DNA of 64,000 bases from Anaeramoeba ignava BMAN (taxonomy: Eukaryota > Protista > Anaeramoebae). Within the stretch, counting starts at the first letter, position 1, and each line of letters opens with the position of its first letter. Below are positions 24,956-38,199 of this stretch, in pieces. The translations under genes and the position numbers were made by a program. The notes under the pieces were generated by a model. The model saw only the letters and a list, made by a program, of their open reading frames with translations, had not been told where the DNA came from and did not search any database. The stretch covers positions 120,062 through 184,061 of the forward strand of contig JAPDFW010000113.1 in the NCBI GenBank assembly GCA_028826165.1, read 5' to 3'.

Positions 24956-27492
24956 TTATTTTTTAGTTGAATGAATTTTAGTTTTTTTCTTTTTTGTTTT
25001 TTTTGGAGTTTCTAAAATTGTATTTGATTGAATAGAATCAGAAATTTGAGGATTTTCTTGAGAAATTTGAGTTTTCTTTTTTTTAGATTTTTTTGTTCTA
25101 ATTTTTTTAACAACTTGTTCATTTTCTTGTTGATTTTCTTGTTGATTTTCTTGTTGATTTTCTTGATTTATATTTTTATTTTTAACTTTTTTAGTTTTTT
25201 TCTTTTTTGGTTTTTGTTTAATTTGTTCTGTTTGTTGTTCTGTTTGTTGTTCTATTTCTTCTATTTTTGGTTTTTTCTGTTTTTTTGGTTTTTCTTCTAA
25301 TTTTGGTTTTTCTATTTTATTTTGAATAATTTCTTTTCCAGTAAATTCTTGATATTTTTGTTTCCAAGGAAGAGGAGTTTTTTCATTAGGTTTTCCAAAT
25401 TTATTTAATAAACCTTTTTGTATCATTTCTTTTTTTTGTGTTGCCTAAATTTAAATTTTTAATTTTATAAATGAATTTTAATATTAAATTTATAAATTAA
25501 TTTTAATTTTAATTTTATAAATGAATTTTAATTTTAATTTTAATTTTAATTTTAATTTTAATTTTTATTATAATTTTAATTTTAATTTTATAAATGAATT
25601 TTATAAATGAATTTTAATTTTAATTTAATTTTAATTTTAATTTTATAAATGAATTTTATAAATGAATTTTAATTTTATAAATTAATTTTAATTTTATAAA
25701 TGAATTTAATTTTATAAATGAATTTAATTTTATAAATGAATTTTTAATTTTAATTTTAATTTTTAATTTTAATTTTAATTTTAATTTTATTTTTGATTTT
25801 AATTTTAATTTTAATTTTAATTTTTAATTTTAATTTTAATTTTAATTTTAATTTTATAAATGAATTTTTAATTTTAATTTTAATTTTTAATTTTAATTTA
25901 ATTTTTGATTTTAATTTTAATTTTAATTTAATTTTAATTTTAATTTTAATTTAATTTAATTTTAATTTTAATTTTAATTTTATAAATGAATTTTAATTTT
26001 AATTTTAATTTTTAATTAATTTTAATTTTATAAATGAATTTTGATTTTAATTTTAATTTTAATTTTAATTTTAATTTTAATTTTAATTTTAATTTTAATT
26101 TTAATTTAATTTTAATTTAATTTTAATTTTAATTTTAATTTTAATTTTAATTTTAATTTTAATTTTAATTTTAATTTTAATTTTATAATTTAATTTTATA
26201 AATGAATTTTATAAATGAATTTTAATTTTATAATTTAATTTTATAATTTAATTTTATAAATGAATTTTATAAATGAATTTTATAAATGAATTTTATAAAT
26301 GAATTTTATAAATTAATTAAATAATATCAACCTTTGGCCCATATCCCCATTTACGAGGATATGTATCTCTATCCATAACAACTCTTTTTATTTTAGCAAC
26401 AGTACCAAAACTACAAGAACCCATAACAGCGGTAGTCATCAAAGCAATACCCAAACCAATAGCTTCACCTTTAGTTGTCATTAAAACAATTTCATCACCG
26501 ACTTCGATACCATTCTCAAATCTCAAAAGACCAGGGATCATAAGCTGAGCGCCGTAGCAAATGGAGTTTATAGTAGTATCTTTAACAACGATTCTCTTAT
26601 GCCCAGTAAGAATCCACTCCATAGGCTTAACAACACGACGCAAATAACTTTCATCATTAAAATTTTCATATAAAAATTGAGCATCTAAAATATCATGCAT
26701 AGTAACAATTGAATCATTCTCTGTTAAAAGACCCGAACGAACACGACGGAGTTCCTCCATTTTAGCACTTGTACCAACAAGGAAACCGATATGTTCGCAC
26801 ATGGTTCGTATGTAAGTGCCTGCTTCGCAAGAAACCCAAAAAACTCCAATATGTTTTTCATTATCAAATTCAATGAACTTAGATTCATACACAGTGCGGA
26901 CTCGCAGCTGCTTTTTAACCGCAGACATCAACGGAGGTCGCTGAAAGAGAGCTCCAGTCAAGGCCTGAAGTGTCAATTTGAACTTCCGTTCGTCTTCTAA
27001 TGCTGAGTCAAAGCGTATTATTGCTACATATTCTTTTCCTGCTCCTTGTTGCGATTTGGCTAGCTTAGTCGCACGGTTCAGGCATACTATTAAACACCCC
27101 GTCACCTTGGGATCAAGTGTTCCTGAGTGCCCTGTTTTTTCCGCTTTAAGGATCCGTTTAATCCATGATACAATTTCGTGTGATGATGGATTTGCGGGCT
27201 TGTCTAGATTGATCATCCCGTATTTTAAATACTCAGTGAGTGGTCTACGAAGCGGTGTGTAGCCTTCCTCTAGTTTGTGGAATGTGCCTGATCGGACATT
27301 TAGTTTATCGAAGTTCTTAAAAAATTAATTAAACAAAAATTTAAATAAAAATTTATATTAAAAATTTAAATTAAAAATTTAATTAAACAAAAATTTAATA
27401 AAAAAATTTATTCATACTTTTAATAATAATGGCCATTTTTCTGTTGGAATTTCTGTTTCTTCTATTTTTTTATGTAATTTCTTTTCAGTCAT
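24956..27492 (-). CDS. CBF5: H/ACA RNP pseudouridine synthase Cbf5/dyskerin (~515 aa, 3 exons)
   Basis: Exons 27492-27418, 27315-26332, 25444-24956. WPLLLK|[33 protein letters not shown] (catalytic Asp), PUA domain, [11 protein letters not shown]-rich tail. Confidence 0.96.
25447..26320. repeat. (TTTTAA)n/(ATAAATGAATTTT)n repeat in CBF5 intron 2
   Basis: Simple repeats filling the intron. Confidence 0.9.
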
Positions 27493-27599
27493 TTTATTAA
27501 TTTTTTAATTTTTTTAAAAAGAGAAAGAAAAAAAAAATGAAAAAAAAAAATAAAAAAAAATTTTAAAATTATTCAAAAAAAAATAATAATTAGTAATTT

Positions 27600-28890
27600 T
27601 GTTTTTATTATTTAAATTATTATTGAAAAGATTATTTAAATTATTAATAAAAAGAGATTCAAAATTAATCAAAAAAATTAAAGATTATTTTTGAATTATT
27701 TATTTAAATTATTATTAAATTATTTATTTGAATTATTATTGAAAAGATTATTTAAATTATTATTGAAAAGAAATTAAAGATTAATCAAAAAAATTAAAGA
27801 TTATTTTTGAATTATTTATTTAAATTATTTTTGAAAATAGATTCAAAATTAATCGGAAAAATTAAAGATTATTTTTGAAAAGATTATTTAAATTATTATT
27901 GAAAAGATTATTTAAATTATTAATGAAAAGAGATTCAAAATTAATCAAAAAAATTAAAGATTATTTTTGAAAAGATTATTTAAATTATTATTGAAAAGAT
28001 TATTTTTGAATTATTTATTTGAATTATTAATGAAAAGAGATTCAAAATTAATCGGAAAAATTAAAGATTATTTTAGAATTATTTATTTAAATTATTTTTG
28101 AAAAGATTATTTAAATTATTAATAAAAAGAAATTAAAGATTATTTTTGAATTATTTATTTGAATTATTTTTGAAAAGATTATTTAAATTATTTTTGAAAA
28201 GAAATTCAAAATTAATCGGAAAAATTAAAGATTATTTTTGAATTATTTATTTGAATCATTATTGAAAAGATTATTTGAATTATTAATGAAAAGATTATTT
28301 GAATTATTTTTGAATTATTTATTTAAATTATTATTGAAAAGATTATTTAAATTATTAATGAAAATAGATTCAAAATTAATCGGAAAAATTAAAGATTATT
28401 TTTGAATTATTTATTTGAATTATTTTTGAATTATTTATTTAAATTATTTTTGAAAAGATTATTTGAATTATTTTAAAAAAGAGATTCAAAATTAATCGGA
28501 AAAATTAAAGATTATTATTGAATTATTTATTTGAATTATTTTTGAAAAGATTATTTGAATTATTTTTGAAAAGATTATTTAAATTATTAATGAAAAGAGA
28601 TTCAAAATTAATCGGAAAAATTAAAGATTATTTTTGAATTATTTATTTAAATTATTTTTGAAAAGATTATTTAAATTATTATTGAAAAGATTATTTTAGA
28701 ATTATTAATGAAAAGATTATTTAAATTATTAATGAAAAGAGATTCAAAATTAATCGGAAAAATTAAAGATTATTTTTGAATTATTTATTTGGATTATTTT
28801 TGAAAAGATTATTTGAATTATTTTAAAAAAGAGATTCAAAATTAATCGGAAAAATTAAAGATTATTTTTGAAAAAATTATTATTGAAAAA
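27600..28890. repeat. Complex intergenic minisatellite with core GAGATTCAAAATTAATCGGAAAAATTAAAGATTATTTTTG
   Basis: The core recurs about 11 times, separated by variable numbers of GAAAAGATTATT/TGAATTATTT sub-repeats. Confidence 0.9.
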
Positions 28891-28892
28891 AA

Positions 28893-31800
28893 TTATTTAA
28901 ATCTCTTCATAAAATCTTGATGAAATTCTGTAAGTCTTTGAACAACAGAATCAATTTGTTCTTCCAAAGGTAAAAAGGTAGTACGGAAATGGAACGTTCC
29001 ATCTTCCTGACCAAACCCACTTCCAGGAACAATACAAACACCAGCATGTTGAACACATTCCAAACAATAAAAAACATCAGGATGAATTCCTTTTGATTTA
29101 GCAGCTTCAACAGCCTTAGGAGGTAATCTGATACGAGGAAACGCATACATGGCACCTTCAGGAACATTGCATGTGACGCCTTCCAACTTATTAAGAGCTT
29201 CACCGAGTTTTTTGGATCTTCTTTTTAAACTTTCATAAATTCCATCTCTTTCATTGATATAATTATTGTAAGAATTATCCCCCATTTTGGGGGGATTAAC
29301 CATTAATTCAATTAGGATTTGTCCAGCAACATTCGGACATAAACTCACAGATGCCATTTTGTAAAGTTGATGTTTAACTGCGGAATCGATGTTTGTGGTG
29401 TTGTAATATCCTCCTCTTTGACCACATTCTCCCAGAAACCCTTTGGATATTGAATGAAACGAGAAAAGTGGAACAGATGAATATTCTGGTCCCATTTCTA
29501 AAAGCACTTTTCTGAAAGATGAGAACGGTTTTTGATCTTTATAATAAACATTTTCTTGATAAACTTCATCAGCCATTAATATGAGTCCGTATTTTTGGCA
29601 GAATTTTATAATTTCCCTCTGGTTACTCGCAGTTAAACATTGACCCGTTGGGTTTCCTGGATTGATAATAACCAGGCCTCTCACGACTACATTATCTTTA
29701 TGAGCTTTCTGTATGGATTTTTCAAGTTCATCTACACTAAGACCCCAACCTTCTTTTTCGTTTAAATAATAATTAACTTGTTTGGCGCCAATCATTGCAA
29801 GAGATGCTGAGTAGAGTGGATATTGCGGAATTGGTATCATTATCCCATCGTTTTCGTTTCTTGTGATTGACCGAAGAATTGCTTGAACACCTGGTGATGC
29901 TCCATCTGTTAAGAATATATCGTCTCCATCGCATTTTTGTCCATCTCGTTTGCTGATAAAATTCGCTACGCTTTCACGTATGAATGGAATCCCTTGGCTG
30001 TGACTATATGCTCCCATTCCCCCTACTACATTTTTTAGAAAGATTTTCGATCTTTCTATTGCATCTTTTGGAAATATTTTTTCTACTTCTGGGTTTTGTA
30101 ATAAATCTGGATATTCACAAAGTGCCAGAACCTTTAATATTTTTTATATTAAATAAAATTGAATTAAAATTGAATTAAAATTAAATTAAAATTGATATAA
30201 AATTGATTTAAAATTGATTTAAAATTGATATAAAATTGATTTAAAATTGATTTAAAATTGAATTAAAATTGAATTAAAATTGAATTAAATTTGATTTAAA
30301 ATTGATTTAAAATTGATATAAAATTGATATAAAATTGATTTAAAATTGATATAAAATTGATTTAAAATTGATATAAAATTGATATAAAATTGAATTAAAA
30401 TTGATTTAAAATTGATTTAAAATTGATTTAAAATCGATATAAAATTGATATAAAATTGAATTAAAATTGATTTAAAATTGATATAAAATTGATATAAAAT
30501 TGATTTAAAATTGAATTGAAAATTGATATAAAATTGATTTAAAATTGATTTAAAATTGATTTAAAATTGATTTAAAATTGATATAAAATTAATTTAAAAT
30601 TGATTTAAAATTGATATAAAATTGATATAAAATTGATTTAAAATTGATATAAAATTGATATAAAATTGATATAAAATTGATTTAAAATTGAATTAAAATT
30701 GAATTAAAATTGATATAAAATTGATTTAAAATTGAATTAAAATTGATATAAAATTAATTTAAAATTGATATAAAATTGATTTAAAATTAATTTAAAATTG
30801 ATATAAGATTGATTTAAAATTGATTTAAAATTAATTTAAAATTGATTTAAAATTGATTTAAAATTGATTTAAAATTGATTTAAAATTAATTTAAAATTAA
30901 TTTAAAATTGATATAAAATTGATTTAAAATTGATATAAAATTGATTTAAAATTGATATAAAATTGATATAAAATTGATTTAAAATTGATTGAAAATTGAT
31001 TTAAAATTGAATTAAAATTGATATAAAATTGATTTAAAATTAATATAAAATTGATTTAAAATTGATATAAAATTGATTTAAAATTGATTTAAAATTGATA
31101 TAAAATTGATTTAAAATTGATTTAAAATTGATATAAAATTAATATAAAATTAATATAAATTAATTTAAAATTGATTTAAAATTGAATTAAAATTGAATTG
31201 AAAATTAATTTAAATTTTCATTTTGATTTGCATTTTAAAATTAATATAAAATTGATATAAAATTGATATAAAATTGATATAAAATTGATATAAAATTGAT
31301 TTAAAATTGATTTAAAATTGATTTAAAATTGATTTAAAATTAATTTAAAATTGATATAAAATTGATTTAAAATTGATTTAAAATTGATTTAAAATTAATT
31401 TAAAATTGATATAAAATTGATTTAAAATTGATATAAAATTAATATAAAATTGATTTAAAATTGATATAAAATTGATATAAAATTGATTTAAAATTGATAT
31501 AAAATTGATATAAAATTGATTTAAAATTGAATTAAAATTGATATAAAATTGATTTAAAATTGATTTAAAATTGATATAAATATAAAATTGATATAAAAAT
31601 TGATTTAAAATTGATATAAAATTGATTTAAAATTGATATAAAATTGATTTAAAATTGATTTAAAATTGAATTAAAATTGATTTAAAATTGAATTAAAATT
31701 GAATTAAAATTGATTTAAAATTGATTTAAAATTGATATAAAATTGATATAAAATTGATATAAAATTGAATTAAAATTGATTTAAAATTGATATAAAATTG

Positions 31801-33634
31801 ATATAAAATTGATTTAAAATTGATTTAAAATTGATTTAAAATTGATATAAAATTGATTTAAAATTGATTTAAAATTGATATAAAATTGATTTAAAATTGA
31901 TTTAAAATTGATATAAAATTGATTTAAAATTGATTTAAAATTGATTTAAAATTGATTTAAAATTGATATAAAATTGATATAAAATTGATTTAAAATTGAT
32001 TTAAAATTGATTTAAAATTGATTTAAAATTGATTTAAAATTGAATTGAAATTGATATAAAATTAATATAAAATTGAATTAAAATTGAATTAAAATTGATT
32101 TAAAATTGATTTAAAATTGAATTAAAATTGATATAAAATTGATTTAAAATTGATATAAAATTCATATAAAATTGATTTAAAATTCATATAAAATTGATTT
32201 AAAATTGATTTAAAATTGATTTAAAATTAATTTAAAATTGATTTAAAATTAATATAAAATTGATTTAAAATTAATATAAAATTGATTTAAAATTGATATA
32301 AAATTGATTTAAAATTGAATTAAAATTGATTTAAAATTGATTTAAAATTGATTTAAAATTGATATAAAATTGATATAAAATTGATTTAAAATTGATATAA
32401 AATTGATATAAAATTGATTTAAAATTGAATTAAAATTGATTTAAAATTGATTTAAAATTGATTTAAAATTGATATAAAATTGATATAAAATTGATATAAA
32501 ATTGATTTAAAATTGATTTAAAATTGATTTAAAATTGATTTAAAATTGAATTAAAATTGATTTAAAATTGATATAAAATTGATATAAAATTGATTTAAAA
32601 TTAATATAAAATTGATTTAAAATTGATTTAAAATTGAATTGAAAATTGATTTAAAATTGATTTAAAATTGATATAAAATTGATATAAAATTGATTTAAAA
32701 TTGATATAAAATTGATTTAAAATTGATATAAAATTGATATAAAATTGATATAAAATTGATTTAAAATTAATATAAAATTGAATTAAAATTGAATTAAAAT
32801 TGAATTGAAAATTGATTTAAAATTGATTTAAAATTGATATAAAATTGATATAAAATTAATTTAAAATTGAATTAAAATTGATTTAAAATTGATTTAAAAT
32901 TGATTTAAAATTGAATTAAAATTGATATAAAATTAATATAAAATTGATTTAAAATTAATTTAAAATTGATTTAAAATTGATTTAAAATTGATTTAAAATT
33001 GATTTAAAATTGATTTAAAATTGATTTAAAATTGATTTAAAATTGATTTAAAATTGAATTAAAATTGATATAAAATTGATTTAAAATTGATTTAAAATTG
33101 ATTTAAAATTGATTTAAAATTGAATTGAAAATTAATTTAAAATTTTGATTTAAATTGATTTAAAATTAAATTGAAATTTGTATTCGTAATTCTAAGTATT
33201 TTATTATTACAAAATAAATAAAAAAAAATAAATAATTTACCATTCTGAAAAAAGAAATAGGCTTCTGTTTAAGTTGTTGAGGATTTCCAATATTGCAATA
33301 AATAATTTCATCAAATTTATATTTAGAAGGATCTCTTTTCATTTCTGCTTCAATTTCAAGAGCTCTTAAAACAACTGTTCCTCTAACAGCATATTCAGTT
33401 TTTAAAACTTTAGAACTTAATGTTTCAACAGAAAGAGGAGGAGCTTTAACTTAAAAAAAAAGAAAGAAAAAAAGCAAAAAATTGTTTTTTTAAATTTTTG
33501 TATTTTTTTTTTATTTTTTTTTTTATTTATAAAATTGTTTTACAAATATCATGAAACATTGAAACTGGTGAAATAAATTTATAAAGTGGGTTTTTTTGAA
33601 TAGATTTCTTAAAATCTTTTAACGGAGTCAACAT
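28893..33634 (-). CDS. Alanine aminotransferase (PLP-dependent, ~512 aa, 3 exons) with a possible organellar presequence
   Basis: Exons 33634-33544, 33449-33241, 30131-28893. EYAVRG, CNIGNPQ, GAYSHSQG, IPQYPLYSA, INPGNPTG, ADEVYQ, SFHSISKG (PLP Lys), GECGQRGGY, HFRTTFLP. Confidence 0.95.
30150..33175. repeat. 11-bp (AAAATTGATTT/AAAATTGATAT)n minisatellite, ~3 kb, in ALT intron 2
   Basis: Direct tandem repeat between donor 33240 and acceptor 30132. Confidence 0.95.
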
Positions 33635-33784
33635 TTTTTTATTATTAAAGATATTTAGAAAAAAAAAAATAAAAAAAATAATTTTTTTCAGATTTATTTT
33701 TCGAATTTTTTTTCAATTTTTTTTCAATTTTTTTTTATTTTTTTTTCATTTTTTTTTTCTTTGAATTTCAAAATTAAAAAAAAA

Positions 33785-36700
33785 ATGTCACGTTCAATAA
33801 ACATTTATGAAGCAATTAAACAAAATCAACTGGAAAAAATTAAAGAATATATTGAAACACTTGAAAATCCACTTCTTTCAAATGTGTTAAAATTTGCCTT
33901 ACAACAAAATCCACAAAAAGATATCATTTCATTACTCACAAAAAAAGGGGTTAAGAAGGAAAAACAGGAGAGTTTCGAAACAAATCTTTTACACATTGCT
34001 TGTGAAAAATCAGCGGATATTGAAATCATTCAGATCTTAATCAATTTGAAATATGACCCAAATGGAGAATCTGTATACACAAAACAAACGCCATTGCATG
34101 TCGCTTGCAAAAACAAAAACTCATTATCAGTCATCCAGCTCTTAGTTCAACAAGGGGCGCAGATAGATAAGGTGGATATCAAAGGTTATATTCCTGTTTT
34201 TTATGCGCTTGAAAACTTAGATCTGGATGTGATTAAGTTTCTCTTGCAAAATTTGGATTGTCTCCCTCAAAACAAACCAAATCACATGAATATCCTTCAT
34301 TTTGCTTTGTCAGAACACCCGGCACATATTGATCTAATTGAGTATATTTTGTCCTTTCATGTTAATCCCAACGACCAAGATTTAAATCTCAAAACTCCGT
34401 TGCATTATGCGTGTGCTAATGCTTGTGAAGCTTCGGTTTTAAATCTATTGATAGAAAAAAGTGAAATTGCTGAAAACAATTTCTTAAAAAATAATGAAAA
34501 TTTGCAAAAAAACGAAAATTTCCAAGAACATGAAAGACAGGTAAAAATAGTCAATGTTTTTGACATCAACAAGCAAACACCTCTTCATGAATTATGCATA
34601 AATAAATGCACAGAGGATAGATTAAGTGTCTTGTTAAAGGCAGGAGCAGACCCCAATATCCAAAATCCAAAAAAAGAAACAGCTTTCCATTTGGTTTTGC
34701 AACACAATCCAAGTCTTGATGTTGTGAAAATGTTTATTGGAAGTGGCGCATCTCTAGAAATTCAAGATTTAGATGGAAAAACTCCTCTTTATGAAGCAAT
34801 AGAACACAATGCAAAAGACGAAGTTGTTTACGAACTCATTTCCAAAACAAAGAATTTCAAAATTGCGGAAAAAAGAACAAACACATCTTTACTTCATCTT
34901 GCGATCCAGAAATCAAGAGAGCCAGAGTTGATCAAAATGCTTATTGAAAAGGGAGTAGTAATTGATAGCGAAGACTCGATGAAAAAAGCACCACTTCATT
35001 ATTGTATCGAGCACAAAAAAAGAGAAGAAGTTGTGGAAATTCTTTTGGCAACAAAAACAGAAAAATTAAATTCAGCAGATCTTCAAGATAACAAGACAAT
35101 CCTGCATTTGTTGTGTGAGTTCTCAACAAATGCAGAATTAATCAAAACGCTAATAAGCAAAGGAGCTGATCCATTGGCATCTGATAATGCAGGACAAACT
35201 CCTCTTCATCTCGCTTGCATAAATAATCCTTCTGCCCAAGTTATTAATGTTCTTCTTCAATCTGGGGCAGATCCTAAAACAAAAAATAGACGAAGACAAC
35301 TTCCCTTGCATTTAGCACTTGAAGCAAATGCTGGTTTTCATGTTTTGGAAATTCTTCTTAAATCGGAAAAGTTTTCTGGAAGCAAAGAAATTCACAGTTT
35401 TGATTCCAAAAGACAAACCCTTTTCGAAATTGTTTTGCGCAGAAAATATCCATTGCCAATAATCAAGCTTTTTATTGACAACGGGGTAATGAGTGAGAAG
35501 ATAATTGGAAGAGGAGGACAAACTTATCTTCATTTCGCTTGCTTTCCTCCAATTGATCCAGAAATTATCGCATTGCTTTTAAAAAAAGGAGCTGATCCTG
35601 ATGCAAAGAATAATATGGGGAAAACCCCTTTGATATTGGCATTTATGAACAAGGCAAATAAAGAGGTTCTTCATCTTCTTGTAACCGAAAATAATTTTGA
35701 CACTCCAACAAATACAGGAAAAACACCTTTGTTTTTTGCAAGTGCAAATAATAACATTGAAATGATGAAATATCTCATCTCAAAAGGAGCGCAAATTCAT
35801 GCTCACGATAAAAAGGGAAGATCTGTGTTTCACTATGCAATCAAAAAAGGAGCAAAAGTTGATGTGATTCAACTTCTTTTGGAAAACAAAGCAGATCCAA
35901 ACGAAATTGTTAACAACATGACAGCTCTTGAATATTGCTTTGTAGGCAAAGAAAGTCCAGTCCAAGTTGTAGAGCTTCTTCTGAAAATTTGTAGATTCGA
36001 TTCATCTATTCACAATCCACTCAAAAAGGCTTTTATACTTGCTCTTGAAAAAAACGCCTCTTTTTTCAACTTATGTGCGCTTACAGAAGCAGGAATTGAT
36101 CTCGCAACATTTAAAAACAATTACTACGATTTTAATCATTATATTTTCAGCAATAATTTTGACCAGTTCAGACTTGCACTTTCTTTTGATTTTAATATTA
36201 AAATTGGACAATACACAACACTTAGTCGCTTATACCAAGAAGTAATGCAGGATTTCTATTCAATAATGGATGATTTTGAGCGTGTTTTGGAAAGTGGTGA
36301 GCTTTCTGATTTCAACGCTGTTTGTTCCGATGGTTCTATTCCTGTTCACAAACTGATTTTAAAAAACCGCATTTGTTTTCCTGATGAAAAAATCACTTTT
36401 GAAAAGGTTCTTGATATTCTGCATTCTGGATTGTGCGATTTTCAAATGAATGAAGTGCGTCCGTTTTTGAGGTTTATTTATTCAGGATATATCGATCACA
36501 AAGACGATCAATACGAAGAAAAAATTATGAAAATTGGATCACTTTTTAACCTTCAACATGATTGGTTTGTGAAAAAAAAGGGAAGGCATGGACTTCTTAA
36601 AGATATGGAAAGACTTTGGAATGATGATGAAAGTAAAGATTTTGTTGTGGTTGTTGAAGATGAGAGGATTAGACTTCACAAGGTGATTTTGTTGATAAGA

Positions 36701-36937
36701 TCAGAACTTTTTAGAGGTCTGTTTTTATCTGTTGATGATCCTTCTAATCAAGTTAATGAATATTCAGGAAAATCTATTCAAACAATCAAACAACTTTTCA
36801 AATTTTTTTATCTTGATGAACTTGATCCTGTTCTTCCAATGGTTGTTGTTTCTGAGATTGAAGAAGCACTTGATTTTTATCAAGGAAATGAGAAGACATT
36901 AACCTGGAAAATTTTATATAATGAGAAGTGTGATTGA
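33785..36937 (+). CDS. Ankyrin-repeat (~20 repeats) plus tandem BTB/POZ protein (~1050 aa, intronless)
   Basis: First ATG at 33785. Many TPLH..GADPN repeats. BTB-like segments LSDF..IPVHKLIL and SKDFVVVV..IRLHKVILLIRSELFRGLF, homologous to the C-terminus of the 14872-19411 gene. Confidence 0.93.
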   Translation: MSRSINIYEAIKQNQLEKIKEYIETLENPLLSNVLKFALQQNPQKDIISLLTKKGVKKEKQESFETNLLHIACEKSADIEIIQILINLKYDPNGESVYTKQTPLHVACKNKNSLSVIQLLVQQGAQIDKVDIKGYIPVFYALENLDLDVIKFLLQNLDCLPQNKPNHMNILHFALSEHPAHIDLIEYILSFHVNPNDQDLNLKTPLHYACANACEASVLNLLIEKSEIAENNFLKNNENLQKNENFQEHERQVKIVNVFDINKQTPLHELCINKCTEDRLSVLLKAGADPNIQNPKKETAFHLVLQHNPSLDVVKMFIGSGASLEIQDLDGKTPLYEAIEHNAKDEVVYELISKTKNFKIAEKRTNTSLLHLAIQKSREPELIKMLIEKGVVIDSEDSMKKAPLHYCIEHKKREEVVEILLATKTEKLNSADLQDNKTILHLLCEFSTNAELIKTLISKGADPLASDNAGQTPLHLACINNPSAQVINVLLQSGADPKTKNRRRQLPLHLALEANAGFHVLEILLKSEKFSGSKEIHSFDSKRQTLFEIVLRRKYPLPIIKLFIDNGVMSEKIIGRGGQTYLHFACFPPIDPEIIALLLKKGADPDAKNNMGKTPLILAFMNKANKEVLHLLVTENNFDTPTNTGKTPLFFASANNNIEMMKYLISKGAQIHAHDKKGRSVFHYAIKKGAKVDVIQLLLENKADPNEIVNNMTALEYCFVGKESPVQVVELLLKICRFDSSIHNPLKKAFILALEKNASFFNLCALTEAGIDLATFKNNYYDFNHYIFSNNFDQFRLALSFDFNIKIGQYTTLSRLYQEVMQDFYSIMDDFERVLESGELSDFNAVCSDGSIPVHKLILKNRICFPDEKITFEKVLDILHSGLCDFQMNEVRPFLRFIYSGYIDHKDDQYEEKIMKIGSLFNLQHDWFVKKKGRHGLLKDMERLWNDDESKDFVVVVEDERIRLHKVILLIRSELFRGLFLSVDDPSNQVNEYSGKSIQTIKQLFKFFYLDELDPVLPMVVVSEIEEALDFYQGNEKTLTWKILYNEKCD

Positions 36938-36944
36938 ATCGAAT

Positions 36945-37995
36945 CAAATTAAATTAAATTAATTTAAATTAAATTAAATTAAATTAAATTAAATTAAATT
37001 AAATCAAATTAAATTAAATATTTAAATTAAATCAAATTAAATTAAATTAAATTAAATTAAATTAAATCAAATTAAATTAAATCAAATCAAATTAAATTAA
37101 ATTAAATTAAATTAAATTAAATTAAATTAAATCAAATCAAATCAAATCAAATCAAATTAATTTAAATTAAATTAAATCAAATCAAATCAAATTAAATCAA
37201 ATATTTAAATCAAATTAAATTTAATTAAATTAAATTAAATTAAATTAAATTAAATTAAATTAAATCAAATCTTTAAATTAAATTAAATTAAATTAAATCA
37301 AAATTAAATCAAATATTTAAATTAATTAAAATTAAATTTAAATCAAATTAAATTTAAATTAAATTAAATTAAATTAAATTAAATCAAATTAAATTAAATC
37401 AAATTAAATTAAATTAAATCAAATTAAATTAAATTAAATTAAATCAAATTAAATTAAATTAAATTAAATTAAATCAAATTAAATCAAATTAAATTAAATC
37501 AAATTAAATTAAATCAAATTAAATTAAATCAAATTAAATTAAATTAAATTAAATCAAATTAAAATAAAATCAAATATTTTAAATTAAATTAAAAATTAAA
37601 TTTAAATTAAATTAAATCAAATTAAATTAAATTAAATTTAAATTAAATTAAATTCAAATTAAATTAAATTAAATTAAATTAAATCAAATTAAATTAAATT
37701 AAATTAAATTAAATTAAATTAAATCAAATTAAATTAAATTAAATTAAATTAAATTAAATTAAATTAAATTAAATTAAATTAAATCAAATATTTAAATCAA
37801 ATTAAATTAAATTAAATTAAATTAAATTAAATTAAATTAAATTAAATTAAATTAAATTAAATTAAATTAAATTAAATTAAATCAAATTAAATTAAATTTA
37901 ATTAAATCAAATTAAATTAAATTAAATTAAATTAAATTAAATCAAATATTTAAACTAAATCAAATATTTAAATTAAATCAAATCAAATCAAATTA
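36945..37995. repeat. (AAATT/AAATC)n pentamer microsatellite, intergenic
   Basis: Direct repeat of about 1 kb. Confidence 0.95.
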
Positions 37996-38199
37996 AATAA
38001 TCTAAATAAAGATCTCAAAAAGAAAATTTTAAAGAAAGAACTTGTTCTCAAATTTTAAAAAAAAACTTAATTACACAAAAAAATGAGTAAAACACATAAA
38101 TAAAAAAAAATGTAAAAGAAAAGAAAATTTTTTAATTAAATTTTATTTTATTTTTTTTTTCATTTTTTTATTTTTATTTTTTTTAATTAAAAATCTAAA

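Noticed and set aside
27600-28890. CRISPR-like look: a conserved ~40-bp core with variable spacers
   Set aside because: The spacers are built from the same sub-repeats rather than unique sequence, there are no cas genes, and the context is eukaryotic.
33761-33784. ORF-track start at 33761
   Set aside because: This is a TTG in the T/A-rich leader. The first ATG is at 33785.
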